Positions 39,836-49,886 of a stretch of DNA of 64,000 nucleotides are shown in pieces. The notes beneath the pieces are model-generated. The model had not been told where the DNA came from. It did no database searches and saw only the letters and a program-made list of their open reading frames with translations. The stretch's first letter is position 1. Each line of letters starts with the position of its first letter. This stretch comes from Planctomycetota bacterium (GTDB lineage: Bacteria > Planctomycetota > UBA8108 > SXIK01), in assembly GCA_965223265.1 (NCBI GenBank), contig OZ244999.1, positions 8,768,001 through 8,832,000 on the forward strand, written 5' to 3'. A program made the translations under genes and the position numbers.

Positions 39836-41257
39836 TTAGAGCAGTCCCCGTTTCATGGCTTCGGAGAGTGCCAAGCAGATGAGGATGATCAGAACGGATC
39901 CGAGGAGAAGGGAGGCGCCGACTCGCCCCATGCGGACGCGGCGATCCGTCTGGAAGGCGATCCAGCAGATCGCTAGCATCAGAACGGGGGTGTTGAAGAT
40001 GCCCGCGAGGTATTGTCCAAGTTTGACAATCTTTCCTGGATTCTCCGAGGCGACGAAAAAGTGCACGACGAGAAGGAACAGGAGAAACACGGCCTGTACG
40101 ATCTGGTGGCAGCGCTGCCGCGACCGCTCGTTGTCCCGCGCCAGGACGCCGAGGCTGGCAAGGAGATCAGCCCACATGCGCCCCGTGGCCGCTGTGGCAA
40201 CGACGAGCGTCGAAAAGAGGGTACAGAAGGCGCCGGCGTAGAAGATGCCGCGCGCCCAACCGCCATAGGTCGTCGTGTAGATGCTCGAGAGCTCGTCGAC
40301 AACCGCGGGGCCTTCTGGGGTGATTCCCTGGCGAAAGAGAATCGCCGAGCCAAGGAGAAAGTACGCAGCGGTGACGATCGTCGCGAGGAGCGTAGCAAAA
40401 CCGGCGTCGTAACGGATGACCCGGATCCAGCCTCGGGCACGCTCTTCCCATCCAGGCGACCCCGCCTGACCGATGAAGCCGTGGTAGCCTTTTTCGAGGA
40501 TCCAGTAGGGGTACATGAACAGTTCGTTCGCCGTCGTCCCGAGCGCCCCCATAAGGCTGATGACCGCGAACGCGGCCTCCGCCTTGTACTCGCCGAGCGA
40601 GAACGTCAGACCAGAAAACACCTCTTCGGAAGTCACCGCGTGTTCCGTGCCTTGAATCAGCACCAGGCCAACGGCCACGGAGACGCTGAACACGCCGACG
40701 AGGACCGCAACCAAGCGTTCGAGGTGGTGGTAGATGCTCTTCCACAGAATCAGGAGCGTGAAGAGTAGCAGGGCGACGGCCCAAGCATCGCGGCCGGCCC
40801 TCTCGGCGTTCTCGGCGTTGCCTTCCCCCGCAGTAAGTCCCAAGAACTCTACAAAGGAATCCAGCGGTATTAGAGTGCTCAAGAGTCCCGCGATGGCGCT
40901 CAGAATCGCTCCGATCGTCACCATCGAGATCATGTAGAAAACCATGAACACGATGCCGATCCACGAGGTGTTGAAGAGGCGTGGGCCGGGACAGAGGTTG
41001 AGCGCTTCGAACGTCGTGCGGTTGTGAATCAGCGCGTGGCGAGCGATCTCTACCTGCAGGAAGTACTTGATCACGCAGGCGATGATCACGACCCAGAGGA
41101 GTACGAAACCGAACTTGGCCGCCTGAAGCGGTGTGTTGATGATCTCTCCGGCGCCCATGACCGATCCGGCGACGACGATCGCGGGTCCCGAGGCGGCCAA
41201 GGTCAAGAAGAAGCCACGCGGCGCATTGCGCACGTAAGGTTCGGTGGGCTCACTCAA
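39836..41257 (-). CDS. Nramp/MntH-like (APC superfamily) transporter
   Basis: GPAIVVAGSVMGAGE, FGFVLLW..IKYFLQVEIAR, about 11 TM segments; TTG 41257 with GAGGAG upstream. Confidence 0.8.
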   Translation of the reverse strand: MSEPTEPYVRNAPRGFFLTLAASGPAIVVAGSVMGAGEIINTPLQAAKFGFVLLWVVIIACVIKYFLQVEIARHALIHNRTTFEALNLCPGPRLFNTSWIGIVFMVFYMISMVTIGAILSAIAGLLSTLIPLDSFVEFLGLTAGEGNAENAERAGRDAWAVALLLFTLLILWKSIYHHLERLVAVLVGVFSVSVAVGLVLIQGTEHAVTSEEVFSGLTFSLGEYKAEAAFAVISLMGALGTTANELFMYPYWILEKGYHGFIGQAGSPGWEERARGWIRVIRYDAGFATLLATIVTAAYFLLGSAILFRQGITPEGPAVVDELSSIYTTTYGGWARGIFYAGAFCTLFSTLVVATAATGRMWADLLASLGVLARDNERSRQRCHQIVQAVFLLFLLVVHFFVASENPGKIVKLGQYLAGIFNTPVLMLAICWIAFQTDRRVRMGRVGASLLLGSVLIILICLALSEAMKRGLL

Positions 41258-41491
41258 GCTGCCGTTCTCCTCGGGGGCGATCGGAGGCGTTCGTTCAAGG
41301 TTCGTCGATCGAACCTCGACGCGGTCGCACGGGACGAGCGACCATTGTCGCGAGGCGACGGGGAGATGTCGAGGGGCAGGCCGATCCGATCTGGACCTCA
41401 AGGCGCAAGACCTTACGTCATGCAGCTGCCGCAGAACCCACAGAAACAGAGGTCGCTGATCGACGCAGGCGCGAGGGCGATGTGCCGGCTG

Positions 41492-42487
41492 CTATCTCTT
41501 CTCAGACTTCGGATGCGTCCGCGCTTCGGGATAGAACGTCCGAAGCGCGAAGTAGTAGCCGCTGATGCAAGTGACGCCCTTGAGTTCCGAATCGCAGTTG
41601 AGTACACGCTCAGCGGCGTCGTAGCTCAACTTGATGCGCCTTCGACCGACGCGGACGATGGCCCGCTTCTTCGCCGGCGGCAGGTGCGTGACCGGAACGA
41701 TGAGCGCATCCTTGCCGATTTCAATGAGTAGCGACCACGCTTTCGTGGGGACACTTTTGTCGCTATGTTTGACCGGAAAGAAGAGACGCGGCGACTCGGC
41801 GTAATCGGCGTACGGCGTGCGGCGGTAGTCGCGGCGGAACCCGGTCTCGGTCGACAAGACCTGCGCCTTCGACGAGCGTTTGAGCGCTGCACCGAGCGTC
41901 TCGAGGCGCGACGGAATCACCGTGAGCTTGAGACCTTTGTGTTTTCCCGTGACGCCCTGTCTGAGAAGCTGGGACCAAAGCGAGTCCGTTTCGCGATCGT
42001 AGAGGAGGACGTCACTTTGATACAGCAGGCCTGAAACACCGAACGTCAGAGTGTTGTCGCGAACGCGACGTGAGAACACCACACCAGTACCGCAAAGCGG
42101 GCAGTACGTAACGGAGATCGGCGTCTCGTCAATCGTGTCGTTGACGATTTCGTGCCAATTGAGTACGGCGAGCGGATAGAACTTGGTCGCGTCGCCCTCG
42201 GTCACGACTATGCCGCGTTCGTTCGCACCATAAAGCGTGAGTCCGGACTCCGCGGAGATGAATTTGGGCTCGTTGATCGCCGGGATCCCGTCGCGGGGTG
42301 GGCCGCCGCCAAGGATCTCGCTGCGCGGTATCAGGCTACCGGAGAGGTCGAAGCCGTTGGGGCGGTCGCGACTGTCCTGGGCTCTGATGCCGCCTACGAC
42401 GACGAGCGCCGCGGCGCCGAGGGCAAGCCAGACGATCGCGCGGCGCTGGGGCCTCTTGGTCAGGCGAGAGAAGCTCGAACGGTGCAT
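41492..42487 (-). CDS. DUF3179 domain protein
   Basis: GGPPRDGIPAI, WHEIVND, TYCPLCGTG, FGVSGLLY, YDRETDSLWSQ. Confidence 0.9.
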   Translation of the reverse strand: MHRSSFSRLTKRPQRRAIVWLALGAAALVVVGGIRAQDSRDRPNGFDLSGSLIPRSEILGGGPPRDGIPAINEPKFISAESGLTLYGANERGIVVTEGDATKFYPLAVLNWHEIVNDTIDETPISVTYCPLCGTGVVFSRRVRDNTLTFGVSGLLYQSDVLLYDRETDSLWSQLLRQGVTGKHKGLKLTVIPSRLETLGAALKRSSKAQVLSTETGFRRDYRRTPYADYAESPRLFFPVKHSDKSVPTKAWSLLIEIGKDALIVPVTHLPPAKKRAIVRVGRRRIKLSYDAAERVLNCDSELKGVTCISGYYFALRTFYPEARTHPKSEKR

Positions 42488-42501
42488 GGACTGACGGAAA
42501 C

Positions 42502-42684
42502 TCAATAGTTTCTGGAGCCGGAGCCGCTCGGGCGGGATCGCGTCGGCTTTGACGTTGGCTCCGTTGAGGTCGGCTCGCCGACGTGCGTTTGGTCGTCGGT
42601 GCCGGGGCAACCCACGAGCGCCAAAGACAGCAGAGCGGGCAGGAGGACTGCAAGGAGTGCGGCTTTGCGTGTGCGCAGCTTCAT
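42502..42684 (-). CDS. Small (60 aa) lipoprotein
   Basis: GGAG then ATG 42684: MKLRTRKAALLAVLLPALLSLALVGC followed by a Pro/Ser/Thr-rich tail. Confidence 0.65.
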   Translation of the reverse strand: MKLRTRKAALLAVLLPALLSLALVGCPGTDDQTHVGEPTSTEPTSKPTRSRPSGSGSRNY

Positions 42685-42704
42685 CTCGAAATCTCCGGAG
42701 GGAT

Positions 42705-42930
42705 AGCCCCCATTTCTCACCAGAATCCTACTGCGGTCCGTAAGTCGCGCTTTCGTCCTCCCTCCTCGGTCGGACTCAACTACGTCAGACTTCACGATTC
42801 GATCCTCAATGTGCAGGAGGCACCTTCGCCCTCCCGCCTTGGTCGGCCTCAGCGGTCGCATCGCAAAGTCTTCCTTGCCACGACACGACTTACGGCTCCT
42901 CGCTACGGATTCTGGTGAGAAATGCGGGCT
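42705..42930. mobile_element. 226-bp MITE-like element with long terminal inverted repeats
   Basis: AGCCCCCATTTCTCACCAGAATCC (42705-42728) matches the reverse complement of 42907-42930 at 23/24, extended by CCGTAAGTCG/CGACTTACGG; no clear target duplication. Confidence 0.75.
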
Positions 42931-43027
42931 GGGTTTTTCGCTGGCGCCGACTCCCGGCCTCCAGCGGGCCGGCACGCCCTAGAAAAGAAAACGACTCTCG
43001 AGCGCGATTCGTTCCCGAACCGTGATC

Positions 43028-43036
43028 TGATATGAT
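43028..43036 (+). promoter_or_regulatory. Candidate extended -10 promoter (TGaTATGAT)
   Basis: Motif match 27 nt upstream of ATG 43064, followed by AGGAGA/GAGG. Confidence 0.35.
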
Positions 43037-43063
43037 CGGCGCGTAGGAGAGAGAGGTGTAGTC

Positions 43064-46000
43064 ATGATGCAAAATGTGTTGCTGCGTCGCCATGGTGGCC
43101 TTGTTCTTCAAGAGCGTCGGGCGCGCTTGACGGACCCGGCGGGACGGCGGAGAGTCTTCCGTCACGTGGCTTTTTGTCTTCTATCGTGCTTTCTGGCGAG
43201 CGCTGCGACAACATACGCCGCCGACTGGCCGACGTTTCGCGGCGACATCGCGCGCAGCGGTGCCACCCCGGAGGCCGCGCCGAGGCAGCTCGAAACCCGC
43301 TGGGTCTACACGGCGCCAGCAGCCCCGAAGATCGCTTGGTCGGGTCCGGACGGTCGTACCATAGAAGGCAAGGAGCTCCGACACCGCGTCGACTTCGACG
43401 CCTCCCTCGGGGTTGTCGTTGCCGAGGGACGCGCCTTCGTGAGTTCATCTGTGGATCACCAAGTGCACGCGATCGACGTTTCAAGCGGCGAAGAGGCGTG
43501 GACCTTTTTCACCGGCGCCCCAGTGCGACTCGCCGCCACGGTGTGGCAGGGTCGCGTCTTCTTTGGTTCTGATGACGGTCATGCGTATGCGCTCGATGCA
43601 GCAAGCGGTCAGTTGATTTGGCAGGTTCGCGCCGGCCCGGAGGATGATTGGCTACTGGCGCGCGGGGAAATGATTTCACGTTGGCCAGTTCGTACGAGTG
43701 TGCTTGTCGACAAGGGTGTTGCCTACTTTGGCGCCGGGATTTTCCCCCACGAGAACATTCAGATCTACGCGGTGAGCGCCAGCAGCGGTGAGGTGATCTG
43801 GCGACGCGACGACATCAGTCAGTCGAACGCCGGCCGCAACGACCTCTCGCCCCAGGGCTACTTGCTCGCCACGCAAGATCTCCTCTTCGTGCCTTCGGGA
43901 CGTTCACTGCCGGCGGCGGTGACTCGAGCGACCGGAGAGCTGCTTCACAAACGCATCCACGGGTGGCGGCGCGACGCCGGCGGTGTGGTCGGCGGCGCGC
44001 GTGCTCTTCTCGTGGATGGTCAGCTCTTCGCCGCTGGCACCCATCACATGCTCGCCCTCGACCAAAATACGGGAGACGTCGGTCACGGCTGGTTCGCCGG
44101 ACGACAAATGGCGGTAGCTGGCGAAGCCGCTGCCGTCGCCACGGGCACGGAGATTCGTCGTCTGGATCGAAAGACTTATGCATTAGCCAGCCGCGAGCGA
44201 CACAAGCTTGAGGTCGAGATTTACGACGCGACGAGGAAGCTCCGCAGGCTCGAGGACGAGTCAGAGAAGAAGACACTGCGCGCTGCCATCGAGGAGAAGA
44301 AAAGCGCCCTCAAGAAGATTGAGAACGAAGGTATCGTCTGGAGGGTCCCGTCCGAGCTTCAATCCGACGTGATCATCGCGGGTGACGTGGTTGTCGCCGG
44401 TGGCCAGGAAAAGGTGACGCTGCATGACATGGCGAGCGGCAGAGAGATCGCGCAGGTCGCGGTCGACGGGGATGCCCGCGCTCTCGCGGTTGCCAACGGC
44501 TGCCTCTTCGTGACGACCACCCGTGGAAAAGTCTACTGTTTCGCAGCGAACCCAGAACAGGCCGAACGTGTCGCCGATTCCCGCGGCGCGCCCACCGCGA
44601 CGCGACAACCGTTTGCGCAAGACGAGTGGACGGAAACCTACCGCCATGCAGCGACGGAGATTCTTGAGCAGAGTGGCGTCCAGCGCGGGTTTTGCCTCGT
44701 CGTCGACAGCGACACCGGACGACTAGCGTATGAGCTGGCGCGTCAGAGCGACCTGAAGATCTACGCCGTCCATCGTGATCCACAGAAAGTTGCGACGGCG
44801 CGACAAGCGCTCGCTGAAGTCGGTCTCTACGGACACCGCGTCACGTTTCACGTCGCCGAGTCGTCACGTCTTTCCTACTCGAACTACTTCGCCAACCTGA
44901 TCGTCTCTGAACGTTTCCTAACGACTCGCCGGCCGCCGGCGTCCCACGAAGATCTGATGCGTCACCTCAAACCGTGCGGCGGCGTGCTCTTCCTTGGCCA
45001 ACCGACTGTGGCCGGCTCCGCAGCCTCACCACCGCCATCGCTTCGCGACTGGGTGGCACGAGTTCAGCTGGAGGGGGAGGCTGTCGTCAGCGAGTCCGGA
45101 CCCTGGATGTCGCTCGTCCGCGGCCCACTGCCGGGAGCGGGAGACTGGTCGCATCAGTACGGTGAGCCAGGCAACACGGCGTGTAGTAACGACCAGCGCA
45201 TCAAAGGTGGGCTGGGTGTGCTCTGGTACGGCGACCCTGGGCCGGGGAAGATGGTCAATCGTCATGAGGGAGCCGTCGGTCCGGTCGTGGTCTATGGGCG
45301 ATTGTTCGTCCAAGGAGAGAACAGTATCCTCGCGTACGACGCGTACAACGGCGTCTTTCTATGGGAGCACAAGAATCCGCTTTCTCTGCGCACCGGTGTC
45401 TTCAAAAACGAGAATCCGTCCAATCTCGTTGCGGGCGACGACAGCGTCTTCTACATGGTTGGCGCCAAGTGTGTCGAGCTCGAGGCGGCGACCGGCAGCG
45501 TCAAAGCTGAGTACGGGTTGCCGCTCGCGAAGAGTTCCGGCGAGTACGAGTGGGGCTATCTGGCTTACAACTCTGGACGCATTTTCGGCAGTGCGACGAT
45601 TCGGAAGCGTCTCGAAGAGAAGTTGATTCGCCGCGGTAAACAGACGGACGAATTCACTGACGCGGTCTTCGCGATTGACGTACGTAGTGGGGAACATCTG
45701 TGGACCTACGAAGGGCAAAGCGTCGAGGCGCAGACGATTGCGATCGATGCGCGCCGAGTGTTTTTCGTCGACAGCACCGTCACAAGCGAAGAGCGCGAAG
45801 CGATCTTGCGCCGGGATAAGAGCGAGCTCGTCGGCCTCGAAGGAGAGGAGCGCGAGCTCGCCGAGAAGCGACTCAAGGAGATGGATGTCCGGCGCGTCGT
45901 GTGCTTGGACGCGAAGACCGGTGAGAAGCGTTGGTCGCGAGCGGTCGACGTCACCGACTGTAGCGAAATTGGAATTGGCGGCGGGAAGCTCACCGTAATG

Positions 46001-47113
46001 GTCCACGACGGAACGATTCTTCTCTGCGGGGCGAACGCCAACGGGCACTACTGGAAGCAGTTCTTGGCAGGCGAGTTTTCTCGCCGTCGCCTGGTCGCGC
46101 TCTCGGCAGCCGACGGGTATCAGCTCTGGGCCAAGGATGCGAACTACCGTCATCGCCCGATCATCGTCGGCAACCGCGTCCTCGCCGAGCCGTGGGCGTT
46201 TCGGCTCGACAGTGGTCAGGAGATTCAGCGTGACCATCCACTGACAGGCGCCAAGGCTCCATGGAGCATGATTCGCCCGGGTCACCACTGCGGCATGATC
46301 TCCGCGTCGAGCAACATGCTCCTGTTTCGGTCTGGCTACACGGGATTCTACGATCTGGAAACCGACGATGGGACGCGCCACTTTGCCGGCCATCGACTGG
46401 GGTGCTGGATCAATGCGATTCCTGCAGCTGGTCTTGTGTTGATTCCTGAAGCGAGCGCTGGCTGCGTGTGCCTTTTTTCGATCGCTTCGACGGTCGCTCT
46501 GCAGCCGCGTCAAGCCCGAAGGCCATGGACGATCGTCAGCGCGGTCGGTCCTGTGCAGCCGGTGAAACATATGGCGCTCAATCTCGGCGCGCCCGGCGAT
46601 CGCCGCGACGTCAACGGGAATCTCTGGCTTGCCTATCCGCGTCCCGCACTACGTCGGGAAACCGGACTCGACTTGGCGTTCGAGGTGAAGACGGAGTTTG
46701 CCGAAGGCGGCGGCTTCTCGGATTCCGAAGCTGCCCCGAAGGATATGGCCACGCCGGAGCCGGCATGGCTCTATCAGTCCGGTGCGCGTGGACTGCAGAG
46801 CTGCGTCTTGCCCCTGATCGGCGCAGCCGATGAGACAGCCGCTGTCTATTCGATCACCCTTCACCTCGTGACAACGGCGGAAGCGAGCGCGAAGAAGTCG
46901 CCGGAGTATTCGGTTCGTGTCCAGGGGGTGACCGTTCCACTCGACGGCGTGCAGGCGGCGCAGGATTCCGAGGGCTCTCGTGTGTTGGTGCACTCCGTTG
47001 ACGGTGTCGACGTCGAGCACGACCTAACCGTCGAGTTGGTCGCGGATTCTTCGAGTGCGAACGTCCCCGTGCTCTGTGGCGTCGAGGTGAGGAGGACATC
47101 AGGCGACGAATAG
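43064..47113 (+). CDS. Large PQQ-like beta-propeller repeat protein with central methyltransferase-like domain
   Basis: DWPTFRGD, repeated A.D..SG...W blades, GFCLVVD..GRLAYELA, RPGHHCG, RLGCWINAIPA..EASAGCVC. Confidence 0.88.
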   Translation: MMQNVLLRRHGGLVLQERRARLTDPAGRRRVFRHVAFCLLSCFLASAATTYAADWPTFRGDIARSGATPEAAPRQLETRWVYTAPAAPKIAWSGPDGRTIEGKELRHRVDFDASLGVVVAEGRAFVSSSVDHQVHAIDVSSGEEAWTFFTGAPVRLAATVWQGRVFFGSDDGHAYALDAASGQLIWQVRAGPEDDWLLARGEMISRWPVRTSVLVDKGVAYFGAGIFPHENIQIYAVSASSGEVIWRRDDISQSNAGRNDLSPQGYLLATQDLLFVPSGRSLPAAVTRATGELLHKRIHGWRRDAGGVVGGARALLVDGQLFAAGTHHMLALDQNTGDVGHGWFAGRQMAVAGEAAAVATGTEIRRLDRKTYALASRERHKLEVEIYDATRKLRRLEDESEKKTLRAAIEEKKSALKKIENEGIVWRVPSELQSDVIIAGDVVVAGGQEKVTLHDMASGREIAQVAVDGDARALAVANGCLFVTTTRGKVYCFAANPEQAERVADSRGAPTATRQPFAQDEWTETYRHAATEILEQSGVQRGFCLVVDSDTGRLAYELARQSDLKIYAVHRDPQKVATARQALAEVGLYGHRVTFHVAESSRLSYSNYFANLIVSERFLTTRRPPASHEDLMRHLKPCGGVLFLGQPTVAGSAASPPPSLRDWVARVQLEGEAVVSESGPWMSLVRGPLPGAGDWSHQYGEPGNTACSNDQRIKGGLGVLWYGDPGPGKMVNRHEGAVGPVVVYGRLFVQGENSILAYDAYNGVFLWEHKNPLSLRTGVFKNENPSNLVAGDDSVFYMVGAKCVELEAATGSVKAEYGLPLAKSSGEYEWGYLAYNSGRIFGSATIRKRLEEKLIRRGKQTDEFTDAVFAIDVRSGEHLWTYEGQSVEAQTIAIDARRVFFVDSTVTSEEREAILRRDKSELVGLEGEERELAEKRLKEMDVRRVVCLDAKTGEKRWSRAVDVTDCSEIGIGGGKLTVMVHDGTILLCGANANGHYWKQFLAGEFSRRRLVALSAADGYQLWAKDANYRHRPIIVGNRVLAEPWAFRLDSGQEIQRDHPLTGAKAPWSMIRPGHHCGMISASSNMLLFRSGYTGFYDLETDDGTRHFAGHRLGCWINAIPAAGLVLIPEASAGCVCLFSIASTVALQPRQARRPWTIVSAVGPVQPVKHMALNLGAPGDRRDVNGNLWLAYPRPALRRETGLDLAFEVKTEFAEGGGFSDSEAAPKDMATPEPAWLYQSGARGLQSCVLPLIGAADETAAVYSITLHLVTTAEASAKKSPEYSVRVQGVTVPLDGVQAAQDSEGSRVLVHSVDGVDVEHDLTVELVADSSSANVPVLCGVEVRRTSGDE

Positions 47114-47140
47114 CCGATCCCAGCACCGCAAGGCAGAAAC

Positions 47141-48151
47141 CTACGGTGTCTCCCACTGGCCCCTCTCACTAGAGAGAAAGAGGGCGTCGATGACCTTCAT
47201 GTTGGCGATCGCGTCTTCGAGCGGAATAGGAACGTCGGTGTCGTCGAGAATCGCCTGCGAGAAGCGGTCACCTTGGACGGTGTACTGGTCGCACATCTCG
47301 AATATCTGCGTCTCGATCTTTGTGCCGAGAATGTCGCCGTCGTCAATGAAGATTCGGCACGGCCGATCGAATGGCGCGTTGAACGGAATCTCGATCTCAA
47401 TCCTGCCCTTCGTGCCAACGAAGTGCATGCGCTGGTACGGAGCGAGCTGTGTGCTGCACATGAACGTCGCTTGCCCGCTCGGAAAATCGAGAATCGCCGA
47501 ACTCAGACGATCGGTGTGCATGTTCGGGTCGCGCTCGAGCAGGCTGACGACGCGCGTCGGCTCCTCCCCGAAGACAAGACGCGACGTCGTGATGGGATAG
47601 CAGCCGATGTCCATGAGTCCGCCGCCACCGTACTCCAGAATGTTTCGAATGTTTTTCGGGTCGACGTTGTAGTAGCTGAAAAAACCTTGGACGGCGCGGA
47701 GGTCGCCGATGCGCCCCGAGCGGACGCGTTCAACCGTTCCCAACCATTGCGGATGAGTCTTCACCATGAAGGCTTCCTGCATCTTGACGCCCGTTCGATC
47801 CCTGACGGCGATCAGTTGCTTGGCCTCATCGCTCGTGAGGGCGATTGGTTTCTCGCAGAGGACGTGTTTGCCCGCTTCAGCGGCTTTCGTCGACCACTCG
47901 ACGTGCATGTGATTGGGTAGCGGGTTGTAGATGGCCTCCACGTGTGGATCGGCGAAGAGTTCGTCGTACGATCCGTAGGCTTTGGGGATGCCGAGGTCGT
48001 CTGCGACGGCCTGAGCTCGGGAGAGGTCGCGCGATGCGATCGCAACGACCTCCGTCAATTCTCCCTCCTGCATGGCAGGGATGACTTTCTCTGTGCCGAT
48101 CTTGGCGACACTGATAATTCCCCATCGGACCTTACGGCTCATTCCGATCAC
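47141..48151 (-). CDS. Gfo/Idh/MocA family oxidoreductase
   Basis: YNPLPNHMH, GKHVLCEKP, GGGGLMDIGCY. Confidence 0.93.
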   Translation of the reverse strand: MIGMSRKVRWGIISVAKIGTEKVIPAMQEGELTEVVAIASRDLSRAQAVADDLGIPKAYGSYDELFADPHVEAIYNPLPNHMHVEWSTKAAEAGKHVLCEKPIALTSDEAKQLIAVRDRTGVKMQEAFMVKTHPQWLGTVERVRSGRIGDLRAVQGFFSYYNVDPKNIRNILEYGGGGLMDIGCYPITTSRLVFGEEPTRVVSLLERDPNMHTDRLSSAILDFPSGQATFMCSTQLAPYQRMHFVGTKGRIEIEIPFNAPFDRPCRIFIDDGDILGTKIETQIFEMCDQYTVQGDRFSQAILDDTDVPIPLEDAIANMKVIDALFLSSERGQWETP

Positions 48152-48194
48152 CCTCTCAATCGTTTGACGCTGGACTCTGTCCGAACTGATGAAG

Positions 48195-48632
48195 CTACTC
48201 GCCAGCGAGCGCTTCCACTGTTGCTGTCACGGTGACCAAACCATGGAGCGCCTTGGAGATCGGACACAGCGTTTCTGCTTTCTCAATCGCGCGCTGCGCC
48301 CGCTCGATCTGGCTTGGTTCCCGTACCACGATGCGGGGCGAAATCTCAACTCCCGTCACCGCGAAACCCCCCGTTTCCTTTGTCATGGTGCATGTTGCGC
48401 TCGACTCGTAGGAGGCAATGTCGATTTTTGACGCCTGCGCTACGATGAGGAACGTCGCTTGAACGCACGTTGAGGTCGCCGCCGCGAGCAGGTGCTCGGG
48501 GGTCCACTCGCCGCCGGACCCACCGAACTCGCGCGGCACGCCGAACGGTACGGCGGCGCTGACACCGTCAGCCGTCAACTCGCCGCTCAAGCCGCCGGTG
48601 GAGGTGTTCTGCACCGTGAATGTGTGGGCCAT
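48195..48632 (-). CDS. OsmC/Ohr family protein
   Basis: PREFGG..WTPEHLLAAA..TC and AETLCPISKAL two-Cys pattern. Confidence 0.9.
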   Translation of the reverse strand: MAHTFTVQNTSTGGLSGELTADGVSAAVPFGVPREFGGSGGEWTPEHLLAAATSTCVQATFLIVAQASKIDIASYESSATCTMTKETGGFAVTGVEISPRIVVREPSQIERAQRAIEKAETLCPISKALHGLVTVTATVEALAGE

Positions 48633-49136
48633 CTGGTCTCCTCCGCTGTTTGTCGTGGCGCGCGCCGCAGGTTCGGTTGGCGATCGTTGCGAACGTGCGC
48701 GCGATTCTATATCGCGTTGGGATCAATTCAGTGGGAGTTAGGGTATCAGAATGCGTGTGCGGATGCCGCCGTCTTGCAGAGAGCCGCCGCACTCGCGAAG
48801 AGCGTTCGTCATCGACAGCGAACCGCTTTCTGCCGTTTTGTGGCGAGTTCGGCGAGCAGACGGACTTGGCGTGGAAGTAGACGACGGTCGAGTCGGGACA
48901 GGGGAGACGCGCACACGGAGCCGAGGCCGAGAACGGGTACGGAGCGAACGACGAGCGTCGGCACGGAATGTTTCTTGAGCGCGCGCGGTTCAAAAACTGG
49001 CAAGTCGGTTCCGAATCGCGCGCCCTTCGTGATACCCTACACCTCATACACCCGAGCGGCGTGCCACCTGATATGAACGCCATTTTTTCGGGTCGAAGAT
49101 GAGATCTTCAATCAATCTCAGGGAGGTCGACGCATC

Positions 49137-49886
49137 TTGAAGTCTTTAGCAGTCGAAATCGTGCTGGTCCTAGGGCTCGCGGCGGTGGCCGGAGTGGTCG
49201 CGAACCTATCGCGTGGGAAGGAATCGGAGAACTACTTGCCTTGGACGACCGACATCTACTCGACTTCCGCGCGCGCGCCGGAAACTGCTTCCGGCAAGTC
49301 TCCTGCAGCGACGACGAAGACGTCGGGTGGCGGTACTGGGCCGTCTACGCCCGACGGCGGCTCAACCTTGGCCTCGACACCAAAGAGTCCGAATCCACCG
49401 GTCCTGGGCGCTGGCGGCGTTCCCGACGAGTCGAGTGTGCCACAAAGTTCTGGCGATTCGACGATCAGCGACGGTGCGCCAGCGGACGGTGCGCCAGCGG
49501 AGGATGGCGAGTTTCGCCGCATCGAGCTGGCAGAGGCAAAACAGGCGTTTGAAGACTTCGCAACATTTGTCGACGCGCGCCGCACGAAGGAGTACGTCAA
49601 GGGACACATCACAGGGGCCTACTCCATGTCGCCGTATGAGCAAGGCACTCTCGCTGACAAGGTCGTGCAGCTCCAGGAGGAAGTGCCAGAAGAATCGCAG
49701 ATCGTCGTCTACTGCACAGCGAGCGCCGACTGTGAGGACTCCCTTTTGATCGCACGTCAACTCGCCGGTGCCGGGTTTGTGTCTGTCGAGATCTATAAGG
49801 GCGGTTTCCCAGAGTGGAACGCGAAGATCACCGAAGGGCGAGAAGTCTACATCACCGTTGGCGAGGAGCGCGGCGAACGGCCATGA
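49137..49886 (+). CDS. Membrane-anchored rhodanese-like domain protein
   Basis: FVDARR..YVKGHITGA, IVVYC....C, YKGGFPEW. Confidence 0.88.
   Translation: MKSLAVEIVLVLGLAAVAGVVANLSRGKESENYLPWTTDIYSTSARAPETASGKSPAATTKTSGGGTGPSTPDGGSTLASTPKSPNPPVLGAGGVPDESSVPQSSGDSTISDGAPADGAPAEDGEFRRIELAEAKQAFEDFATFVDARRTKEYVKGHITGAYSMSPYEQGTLADKVVQLQEEVPEESQIVVYCTASADCEDSLLIARQLAGAGFVSVEIYKGGFPEWNAKITEGREVYITVGEERGERP

Noticed and set aside
42745-42860. Hammerhead-like TGAGTCC...GGACGAAA on the minus strand, twice in degenerate form
   Set aside because: The required CUGANGA core is absent (TAGTTGA and CCGCTGA) and I could not build stems I and III; an Infernal search would settle it.
48700-48716. CGCGAT-N5-ATCGCG palindrome over a possible -10 (TAGAAT) of osmC
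   Set aside because: Only 6 bp per arm in GC-rich DNA; too weak to call an operator.
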